A stretch of 61,533 bases of DNA, counting the filler. It is 5 parts of 5 records of this genome, joined end to end, with 100 filler letters (N's around TTAATTAATTAA, not from the genome) between each part and the next. Parts side by side here need not be neighbours in the genome. Positions count along the whole stretch, not along the records: positions 43,183 to 52,010 come from SRR2962707_3180; positions 52,111 to 61,533 come from SRR2962707_3182; 3 more parts are not named here. One strand, given 5' to 3'. Numbering within the stretch: position 1 is the first letter of the stretch; each line of letters begins with the position of its first letter. This document shows positions 48,817 to 58,800 of the stretch, piece by piece. A model generated the notes under the pieces. It was given only the letters and a program-made list of their open reading frames with translations. It was not told the origin of the DNA and did no database searches. A program made the translations under genes and the position numbers.

Positions 48817-49923
48817 ATGCCAAAGCCCAAACTGTTCGAGCCGATCAGGATCGGAGACACCACTCTGGCCAACAGGATCGTCATTGCCCCGATGTGCCAG
48901 TATTCGGCGCAAAATGGGGAAATGAACGACTGGCACCTGATCCATCTGGGGCAGTTGGCAATGTCGGGCGCTGCGCTTCTGACCATCGAAGCAACCGCCG
49001 TCAAGCCCGAGGGACGGATCACTTACGCCGATGTCGGTCTTTACGACGATGCGACAGAGGCCGCGATGAAGCGCGTGCTGGATGGCATTCGCCGGTGGTC
49101 GGACATGCCAATTTCGGTCCAGTTGGCCCATGCGGGCCGGAAAGCAAGTTGCGAAGTGCCCTGGAAGGGCGGCGCGCAGCTTCCGCCAGACGATGCCAAT
49201 GGGTGGCAGACCGAAGCGCCGTCGGCGGTTCCGTTCCGGGACAGCGATAACGATCCTGTGGCGCTGGACCGAGATGGACTGGCCCGCATCCGCGATGCAT
49301 TCGCCGAGGCGGCGCGGCGGGCAGGCCGATTGGAGCTCGATGCCATTCAGATCCATGCCGCGCATGGTTATCTGCTGCATGAATTCCTGTCGCCGATATC
49401 CAACCGGCGCGATGACGAGTATGGCGGGTCTTCGGAAAACCGCATGCGCTTCCCGCTGGAAATTTTCGATGCCGTCCGCGCGGCATTTTCCGCTGACAAG
49501 CCGGTCACAGTACGGGTCTCGGGAACGGACTGGGTCGAGGGCGGCTGGGAGGGCGAACAAACCGTTGCATTTGCGAAAGCGCTCGAAGCGAAAGGGTGTT
49601 CGGCTATCCATGTTTCGAGCGGTGGCGTCAGTGCGGCCCAGAAAATTCCGGTCGGGCCGAACTATCAGGTCCCCTTGGCCCGGCAGGTCAAGCAAGCGGT
49701 TTCGATGCCGGTCGTTGCCGTGGGACTGATTACGGAGGCCGAGCAGGCCGAGGCCATCGTTTCAACGGGTGATGCGGACATGATCGCCGTGGCGCGCGCG
49801 GTGCTCTATGACCCGCACTGGCCGTGGCATGTCGCGGCGGCGCTGGGCGGGCAGGTCAAGGCCCCGCCGCAATATCTGCGATCCCAGCCGCGCCAGTATT
49901 CCAATCTCTTTGTGGCCGACTGA
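48817..49923 (+). CDS. NADH:flavin oxidoreductase (YqjM/NamA-like OYE)
   Basis: APMCQYS, QLAHAGRKAS, HAAHGYLLHEFLSP. Confidence 0.92.
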   Translation: MPKPKLFEPIRIGDTTLANRIVIAPMCQYSAQNGEMNDWHLIHLGQLAMSGAALLTIEATAVKPEGRITYADVGLYDDATEAAMKRVLDGIRRWSDMPISVQLAHAGRKASCEVPWKGGAQLPPDDANGWQTEAPSAVPFRDSDNDPVALDRDGLARIRDAFAEAARRAGRLELDAIQIHAAHGYLLHEFLSPISNRRDDEYGGSSENRMRFPLEIFDAVRAAFSADKPVTVRVSGTDWVEGGWEGEQTVAFAKALEAKGCSAIHVSSGGVSAAQKIPVGPNYQVPLARQVKQAVSMPVVAVGLITEAEQAEAIVSTGDADMIAVARAVLYDPHWPWHVAAALGGQVKAPPQYLRSQPRQYSNLFVAD

Positions 49924-49925
49924 TG

Positions 49926-51164
49926 CTATTCCGCCGACCGGCGTGCCGCTGGGAGGGAGGCGCGGTCGGCGAAAGCCCTGTCGATTTCGGTCAGGGTTTT
50001 CATCATCAGCCCGCGGTAAATCGGCTCCCCGGCGTCCGGCACAAGCTGAATGGTAGGCAGCCCGCGCATCCGGCCCATGAGCGATGCCGCAGCGCCTTCG
50101 GCGATGCCGGTTTCCATAAGGTCATAAGCAGCAGCGTTGGGGCCCAAAAGGATGAGTTTATCGATCTCGACAATTGAAATCAGGCGACTGATACCATGCC
50201 CTATAGCATTCCCCGCCACGGCGAAGGCCCGCTGAGCGGCGCGGTCTCCGTGCCGGGCCCGCGTGATGATGTGCTGGAAATCGGCCGGGGGGACGGCGCT
50301 GGCCGGGGGGGCGTGTTCGGGTACGGAATAGGCGGCGCGCAACATCGCATAGTCGGCGGCATAGGCCTCGATGCAACCGCGTGCGCCGCAGCGGCACAGC
50401 GCGCCGCCAGGCGTGTGAATCATATGGCCGAACTCGGTGGCCAGGCCCGCGTTGGGGCTGGAATCGGTCGGCAGCGTCAGCCCCATTCCAATCGTCGATC
50501 CGATGTAGATCGTCGCGATGCTCGATTTGATCAGGCCCGGATCGAGCCAGCGCATGCCGTCGGCCATCAGGCGGCCACGCTTGAACAGGCGTGCGGTCAA
50601 TCCGAGGCGGTTGTTGATCGCGGTTACGACGTCATGGCCGCTCAGATGCGGAATCGGCGACCAGGTCAGGCCATGGCCGGAGGCGTCCAGAATGCCTTGT
50701 ACCGAAATGGAGACCCCATGCAGCGTGTTGCCGATGTCGGCGTTACGCGCGATCATCTGACCGATGCGCTCGATGAACCATGCGGCGGGCGCGACCTCGG
50801 AAAACAGGGTAGGGCCAACGCCGGACTCCACCCTGTCGATCAGCACGCCGCCGTAGTCGAGCAGCGACATGCGGCAGCGATTGACGTCGAGTTCGATGAG
50901 CAGCACGAAGCCGGCGCCTCGATTGTGTACGAGTTGAACGGCGGGCCGTCCGCGAGATTTCGCTCCGGTTTGAGGCTCGGCCAGTTCGGTGACAATGCCG
51001 TCGCTGACAAGGTCTGCAGCGATGGCTGTCAGGGTTGCGTTGGACAACCCGGTCAGCGTTGCGACCTGCGAACGCGACAGCGGTCCGTGCCGGCGCAATG
51101 TGTCGAGCACCAACAGCCGGTTCTGTCGCCGGATCATTTCCGTGTCCGCAACGCCCTGCGCCAA
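49926..51164 (-). CDS. ROK family transcriptional regulator (XylR-like)
   Basis: N-terminal HTH, EFGH and CRCGARGCIEAY zinc motif; divergent from xylF. Confidence 0.88.
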   Translation of the reverse strand: MAQGVADTEMIRRQNRLLVLDTLRRHGPLSRSQVATLTGLSNATLTAIAADLVSDGIVTELAEPQTGAKSRGRPAVQLVHNRGAGFVLLIELDVNRCRMSLLDYGGVLIDRVESGVGPTLFSEVAPAAWFIERIGQMIARNADIGNTLHGVSISVQGILDASGHGLTWSPIPHLSGHDVVTAINNRLGLTARLFKRGRLMADGMRWLDPGLIKSSIATIYIGSTIGMGLTLPTDSSPNAGLATEFGHMIHTPGGALCRCGARGCIEAYAADYAMLRAAYSVPEHAPPASAVPPADFQHIITRARHGDRAAQRAFAVAGNAIGHGISRLISIVEIDKLILLGPNAAAYDLMETGIAEGAAASLMGRMRGLPTIQLVPDAGEPIYRGLMMKTLTEIDRAFADRASLPAARRSAE

Positions 51165-51251
51165 ACGAGCCTCCCACTCATGCCGCCGTGGGACCTTCTA
51201 TGAGGTGGTACGCGCGGTTGCACGCATTTTTCCACGGCCAGCAAATCGAAG

Positions 51252-51303
51252 TTGACACAGCAATGCACGCGTGCCAATTATTTTTTCGGGTATTGAAAAA
51301 TAT
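51252..51303 (+). promoter_or_regulatory. xylF promoter with candidate ROK operator
   Basis: TTGACA at 51252, then TTTTTC-GGGTATT-GAAAAA dyad. Confidence 0.55.
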
Positions 51304-51392
51304 CCATTGCGGTCGCCCGAGGAGGCGCGCCGCTGGAGGCATAACCCTTTTACTGTGGTTGGGCGGACAAAAATGTCCGCAGGAGGAAAATC

Positions 51393-52010
51393 ATGAAAAC
51401 TTTCGCAGCTGCCCTTCTGGGCACGACTGTTCTTTTCGGTCTGGCCGGGGGCGCACTGGCTCAGGATCTCACCGTTGGCGTTTCCTGGTCCAATTTCCAG
51501 GAAGAGCGCTGGAAGACCGACGAGGCCGCCATCCAGGCCCAGCTTAACGAAATGGGCGCCAGCTACATTTCGGCCGATGCCCAGTCTTCAGCATCCAAGC
51601 AGCTTACCGATATCGAAAGCCTTATTGCGCAGGGTGCTGACGCGCTGATCGTTCTGGCCCAGGATACAGATGCCATTCAGCCGGCAATTGCCGCCGCTGT
51701 GGCCGAGGGCATTCCGGTGATCGGCTATGACCGCCTGATCGAAAATTCCGATGCGTTCTACATCACCTTCGACAACAAGGGCGTTGGCCGCCTGCAGGCC
51801 GAATCGGTCTTTGCCGTGCAGCCGACCGGCAACTACGTCTTCATCAAGGGCTCGAGCACCGATCCCAACGCCGACTTCCTGCACGAAGGTCAACTGGAAG
51901 TTCTCCAGGACGCCATCGACGCCGGCGATATCGTCAATGTCGGCGAAGCCTATACCGATGGCTGGCTGCCCGAGAACGCCCAGGCGAACATGGAACAGTT
52001 CCTGACCGCC
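51393..52010 (+). CDS. xylF: D-xylose ABC transporter substrate-binding protein, 5' part
   Basis: Signal peptide, [29 protein letters not shown]. Confidence 0.85.
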
Positions 52011-52110
52011 NNNNNNNNNNNNNNNNNNNNNNNNNNNNNNNNNNNNNNNNNNNNTTAATTAATTAANNNNNNNNNNNNNNNNNNNNNNNNNNNNNNNNNN
52101 NNNNNNNNNN
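52011..52110. other. Artificial contig linker
   Basis: N44-TTAATTAATTAA-N44. Confidence 0.99.
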
Positions 52111-52142
52111 TCTTTCTTGCTTTCTTTCTTTCTTTCTTTTTT
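52111..52142. repeat. (TCTT)n pyrimidine microsatellite at contig start
   Basis: Directly visible. Confidence 0.8.
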
Positions 52143-52168
52143 GGTACTGCTCTGCTTCTCGTGTCAAG

Positions 52169-52777
52169 ATGCGCGTTGGTACCATGACTGTGGCTTTCGT
52201 AGCGGCGGCGGCGGCTGCTGCTGCTGCTGCTGAGCACAACTCCACGTGCGGTCTCGCGGACCCGTCTCCCGTGCCCGACTGCGAGAACGCGGACCTCGGG
52301 AGCTGCGGCAACGCGTGCTGCACCGTGAACGTGACCGGTATTTCGGGTTTCCACAACACGACCGAGCTGTACAACCACCTGGTGGGGTACTTGAAAGCGG
52401 GAGGCGAGGACGCCTCCTTCTCCTACGTCACTGGCCCAGACTCCCACGGCAACAATCCGTCGGACGACCTCACGCCCTATGGCATTGCCTGGGACTACAT
52501 TCTGCAAGGCACGCACACCACCTACCCTGGAGGGTACGTGGACACCATTGACATTGCCATTTTCAGCGAGGCTTCTGCGGCCGTCAAACAGCAAGCGAGA
52601 GGCAAGTCGGACAAGGCGACGAGTGAGTTTTCGCTCCGCGCGTTCAACATCGCCGGCATTCACGGAGCGCTCGGCGACCACGGGCAGAGCTACAAGTCGT
52701 TGGCCTACATGACGAAGGGGGCCTTTGGCGACGACGTCAAAATCACGAAAGTCTTTGGGTGTGGACAGCAGCAGTGA
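52169..52777 (+). CDS. Eukaryotic secreted Cys-containing protein, intronless, function unknown
   Basis: 202 aa ORF with strong C/G third-position bias, poly-Ala signal-like N-terminus, N-terminal Cys cluster, N-glycosylation sequons. Confidence 0.75.
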   Translation: MRVGTMTVAFVAAAAAAAAAAEHNSTCGLADPSPVPDCENADLGSCGNACCTVNVTGISGFHNTTELYNHLVGYLKAGGEDASFSYVTGPDSHGNNPSDDLTPYGIAWDYILQGTHTTYPGGYVDTIDIAIFSEASAAVKQQARGKSDKATSEFSLRAFNIAGIHGALGDHGQSYKSLAYMTKGAFGDDVKITKVFGCGQQQ

Positions 52778-52897
52778 TTCAGGCAGATGAATAACAAATA
52801 GGTTTGCAGCTTGTGATTGAGAAAGCAAACGCTGGAGTGTCCGAATGCCGAAGTGTCAATAAAAACATTAACATTCCACGGTGATTTCAGCAAAGGT

Positions 52898-55800
52898 CTA
52901 TGTTGTGGTCGCGTCATCAACGATTTGTTCTAAAGTCGTCCAGAGGTCAAAGCCTGAGCCATGATCGTCGCCCTCATGTTGCCCAATGAACTGCGGAGTT
53001 GAATGAAACAGGAACTGCCCCACCTCACGCATCCACTGGCGCCCTATACTTGACATTTGCACGTCACGCATGCGTTTGTGTCCGGCGTGGAACGTTGGGA
53101 AAAGGAACTGTCCTACTTCTTTGCACCACAACGCGACGGCAGTGCGTGCAGAGTGCGGATGCACAGCATCAAAACCTTCGACCTGTTCGCTACCGTGCTC
53201 AGAGTCGTTTGTGGCGGTCCTGGTCGTTGGCGGCGAGGTACTCGCCGCATAAATGGTGCGGTCACTAGGTAGGGCGTTGCCATTGTCTGCCCATGTTGAG
53301 CTTGCAACACTGCGTGTTGTAGAAGATGCCTCACTTCGCTGCGAGTCCATGGACCTGCCGCTGTTGTTGGAACTGACGTCGTCGTCATCGCCATCGACCC
53401 CCACGTCGCTGCCGCTTGCAACGTCTTCGTCAGACTCAACTAAAGCACCAACCACTGGACGTCCACCATAGCGAGCAAATAACTGTTTGTAGATTGGTGG
53501 GTGGCTTTCAAAAAAGTCGTCGTTCAGCTCGGCAAAACTCGGTTGCAGCTGGAGAGGCGCCAAGGTCGAAGGTGATGTGGGCGAGGACTCTGGACGTGAC
53601 TTGGGCTTCATGGCCGAGAGGTCTAGCTTCGGCAAAACCGGAAATTGACGTCGCAGTGTTTGGGTATCCACCGATCGCGTAGAGACAAAACCCGCTCCAT
53701 CAAGAACATTGGCCCTCGCCTTGGCAACGCTGCTTTCCGCACCGAGTTCGTCTCGCGTTCGCTGCACGACACGAGAGATTTCGTCGCGCTTCTGCTTTCG
53801 CTCAGCATGGAAAATACGTTTCAATCGGCGCGTCGTCTCATCGTCTCCACCCCCAGCAGGGCGGTTTTCAGCTAGGATTAGCTGCCGTTCAGTCTGCAAA
53901 AGTGATCATAAGTTCCTTGTTTAGCACAGATGCGCCCCTGGCCATATGATCAGCATACACGGACGCAAAACTGCAAGTGCACGTCATGAAGCAGAGGCAG
54001 CACTCACCTCTCGAGCATTCTCTTGCTGCAGTAATTCGAAAAGATAGGCTCGGGCGTGTTGGAGAAGGTAAGTGTCACCAACATTGCTGCCCCGTGGCAT
54101 TGACGCAGACACTTGCTTTGAGGAAAGAACTGCTGCAGTGTGAAGCTTCCGCGATCGTGATTTGGAGCTCAACTTCCGCGGGGGGAAAGACCTGCAACAA
54201 GACCAAACACAACCGCGTGAGCGTGAGAAAAGGCATAAAAAAGCAATCGGCCAATTTAGTCTGCTACAAAAGGCAAGCAATAAAAGCAAGAAGCTAAGGA
54301 GGCAAATTGAAACACACATGTTGCTGTGACGAGCAACTCGGATTGGAACCAGCGACCCAGGCTGCGTTTCAGGACTCTTTGAATGACTGTGATATTTCGG
54401 CAGTCCTCGACGGCCACCGTGTGACATGGCTGGAAGCTGGCCCCAGCACAACACCAATATCTTCTGAGCCAGTCGTGCAATGCGGCACAGCCAGCCGCGC
54501 AAGCAAATCATGCGTGCGTAGCACTTACTTTGCCGCGCGGTAAAGCTGAACTATGCTTGACAGAGTGAAGCTTTTTGTTCCGCTTCGCCTTTGGAAAAGG
54601 TGTGCTGTTCGCGTAGACGGAGACCTTCGCGCGGTCGTGACGACTCTTTCGCAGTGGTGCGTCTCGATCAGCCCCTCGTTCGTCACGGCGAATACTTTCC
54701 AAAAATCTCTCGTTGCTCACCAACTGATCCTGCACTATTTGATTCATCAACTCGACCGGTGACTTACTTCGTGCTGAACGAACGAAAAAGTGCACAGGAT
54801 AGCATACAAATGGTCAGGCTTCACTTTGATCAACACGCACGCCAACAATGCATCGCTCTCGGATTGCAATGCCGCCAAACGAACTTTTTGCAGCGCGCTT
54901 GCGCCCCTGGCGGTGAATTTTCTTTTTGCCGTCAACGCCGCCGACACTTGTCTGCAGGTTTGATCGATTGCCCTTCGTTTTCACAACTGCTGTGTGCCTC
55001 GATTTTGCACGAGCATTTTTGCGAGGTCCGACAGGACAACCCTGCTGGTTGTTTTTCTCCACAGCATCGTTGTGCTTCTCGTCTGTGTCATTATCCAACT
55101 CATTTGACTCGCTTCGAAGCGTTTGAATAGAGCCGTGGCTGGCAGCTCGCATCTTGGAAGACAGTGGGAGCCTACTCTGGTTACGAGCGCTTACTGCCCT
55201 TATGCGCGAAGCCCTTCGCGTTTCTTGTGGCGCAATAATCGTTCCGTGTGACTTGGTCCTGTGCCGGCCCGGGTCATTGCCTGCTGATGGGCTCATTTTA
55301 TTTTGTCCACGTCGTCTGCGGCTGTTTTTGGGAGATGGCGGCACACGCGGTTTCTTGCCGACCTTTCTTGACTCGAGCGCTTGCCGTGCAGCTTCCTTGC
55401 GAAGCCGCTCCTCGTCGGCGCGCCTTCGTTCCAGCTCAGCCTGTGCCTCAGCATCGGGGTTCCACGGTTTGACCTTCAAGCGCGCATTCTGCGGGTACAA
55501 CTCGAGCGACGAAATGCTCGTGGGTTTCAGAGTTTCCTTAAAATGGCATGTTCCCATGGCCAATACAGTTGAGAAGTATCCAAGCCACAGCATATCGACA
55601 AATCTGCGTACACAACACCTAGAAGAAATACCTGACTCAAATAGTTCTGGTCATCGATGAGTTCCGCAGCTCTATCTCGAGCAGCCTTGCGCTCGAGGGC
55701 TTCGCGCCGAGCTCGCCTTGCAGCTCGGGCAACCCGGCCCAGACGAAATTTTATGAGCATTTTTGGAGGCAGACGAAGAATTATTGTCTGCACAGAATGC

Positions 55801-58800
55801 AACCACCGCACAGCCAAATCACACTTCAGGCAGCGTCACAAAAGAAGCAGCATGCTACAACGGCGCGGTGACCACACGCCCGGCGGGCAAGTTTCCACGA
55901 ATGGTGCCAATTACAACGTACCTTCATTCTTCCTTTGGCAAGATGCGAGCGAACTTGACTCTGCAATACTACAGCCGCTTTATCCATGCGGATGCCGTGA
56001 ACAGCGTTGCGGCTAATCTTCACTCGCGCAGCTGACTGTATCTGCACAGCAGCACTCTCGCGCTCTTTGATTTCGCCCACTTGATTGACTGCAGCACGTC
56101 GCCGAGCTGCAGATTGAATACGTGTGGCTGCACTATTGCGCTTCTGGACTTCAAGCAAATACTCTTTGATTTCGCGAATCGCTTGTGTCTGATGACGAGG
56201 CAGCCCGTAATACGCAAGATGAATATTAAGGTCTATTGCGCGAACTGCAGCAACCCGATGGTCTACAACGTGCGGCAAAGGAAATCAATGAAACCAACCT
56301 CATCTCGCCCAAGTTTCATGCGGATCGCTGACTGGATCTGGGTCGCCGCGTGGTGTTGCAACACCAAGTCCCACTGAGCCTCTGCCTGAGCGATCAACAA
56401 CACATGGCACAAATGCAGTAAGCTGCCGTCGCTATTTTGGCGCAAGCTACTGGGCAGCACCCGTCAACCTACCTCACTTCGGCCAAACTTTCCACGAATG
56501 ACCGACTGGATTCGAGTGGCAGCAATGACGCGCACGCGTGCTTCCCGCCGCGCTTCCACCTGCCAGTCGCAGTTCGCACCAAGCAAAAAAAGCATCAAGC
56601 GGCACTTCCATCGTAAGTGTTTCAACGCATGAACTTTGCCTACCAATTCATCCATGAACACACCTCGTCACGACCCATTTTCATTCTCCCTAAGGATTGG
56701 ATTTTTATTGCTGCAGTTTGTTCTTGTTGTTCGCGGCGAACCTGTACCGCCTGAAAAGAGAGAGACGCCATCAGCGTCAATCCCGACATCAAGCACAGCG
56801 AGCCGAAACGCAAAAGGCAAAATAGGTTTCGTACAATGTTGCGGCCTAACTTCATTCTCCTTGCAGATTGAATTTTAATTGCAGCATCGCTTCGAAGTTT
56901 TGCATCCCGTCGTCTTTCAGCCTGAGAGCAATACGTTTTGAGTCAGGACGCGATGCGACGCTGTTGAGCGCGTTCTGAAAGAAAAACCAGCCACAGACCA
57001 CACATGCTACCTCAATCTGTCCACTTTTCATTCTTGCAAGTGATTGGATCTGAATAGCTGCTTTCAACTCCAACTGGGCACGCTTTTTGGCTCTTTTTTT
57101 TTGTCCGACGCTCTGCCCTTGGCGCATACGAGCAATCGACTGAATGCGTGATGCAGCGATAGCCTCGTGCGCTTGTCGAGCCTTTTCTTGCCTCAACCGT
57201 ATTGTGTGCTGTCGCCCACGATGTCCACGAGCAAGACTTTGAATCTACCAAACGGGCACGAGTGCGGAGCGCAAAATTTCACAAACGGCATGCACCAGCG
57301 GCAATGCGATGGTGGCTGTTCGTCAACCGCCTGCGCCACAAACCTGCAGTGCCGCTGCAGTCTCGTCAGCCAGCCGCTTTGCTACTAGCCTCGCAGCCTC
57401 TGCCTTTTCTTCCTCGCGGATTACCGCCAATAAACGCTTGGCTGCACGCAGCTGCGTCCCAAGACCTTTATGCGTGAAAGCATCCTTTTGATCAATTACT
57501 TGAATCGCTTGCGCAAGTGCTTGGCTCGTACGTGGGGGGCTGGCCGCTTCAGCTGCTCTTGTTTCGACAGCAAGCGCGGCACGCACATCTGTGTGTGACA
57601 ACATGGCGTCATGAGGGTCAATGAGAAATCAACTCGCAAAGGAATTGAGATAACCGCACCACTGTACAGACATCGCAATGGTGAAAGCTCAATCGCGCAC
57701 CTGCAATTCTCAGAGACTCGGCATGCTCCCGCCGCCGTTGCTCTGCAACTTCTTTAGCAGCCTTTTCACGTCGAGCTTTCTCTTCTTGTAGCACTTTCTT
57801 GTGTGCAGCTGCGAGGTGCCCAAAAGTTTCCGCCATTGCCCGGAGCCGCCAAGTGCGGTACCTTTGTCAGCAAGAAATGCGACGATGAGGCTCCATAGTC
57901 GATTCAACCACATCAAGCTTGCAGCTTGGCGTGACGTGAGATGGCATGGTTAACGCAAGTGGTAGCGGCAGGGTACTTACATTCGGTAAATGGTATTGCT
58001 GGCTTCATTTTGGCGCGCGAGCCACCGTGCAGCACGGCGTGCTTCTTGCTTCTCCGCAAGTTTGATCCTGGCCGACTTTCCCCGCGCGATTGTTTGAATT
58101 TGGGTCTGAAAGGAGGTTGCCAAGGTCGTACCAGAAACGAAAGGCGAGGATAAGAATGAAGCAATCACAAGGGCCTTCTACGAGACTGTGCACACCTCAA
58201 CGAGCACGAACCGCAGATGCTTCCCGTGCAGCATCAATTTGGCGCTGTGCTTCTTGAGCGTCTTCTTCAACGATGGTGGACAGCAACGCTTTCGCACCCA
58301 GTAAAGCTTGGGCCACTTCCTGACTATCGTTTGCATCAGCAGCCAGAACAGCAGCAATAGCTTTTTGCAACGATGCGGGCTTGCGCGGTCTCGCTGCTGC
58401 CTCAGCAACCTGCCAAAGAAACGTTCGAACAAGTTGTTGAGCATGTTGCAGGCAACTGGTTTCAGCGTAAATTGCTCTTGCTCCAGGTAGCATCCGGCAG
58501 AACATCAGAGCACGGAAACGCATTCGAACAGCACCACCAACTGACCAAAGTTGCCATTCGCAATCCTTCTGCAACACTTGCCAAGCGCTCGGCTTCAGCA
58601 CGCGAGCGAACCTCCACTGCGCGTTTAGCCTCCGCCTCTGCCCGGATTCGGGCCTCTTGAGCTTCCTGCCGTAGGACTTCGGCTTTCAAACGGTCTTCTT
58701 CAGCTGCCTTGAGCCGCTGCTCGGCTTCTTCTCGCGCAAGCTCCGCCGTCAGGCGGGCTGTATTCGCTCGTGCTCGCTCTTCGGCTGCCAATGCAGCTTC

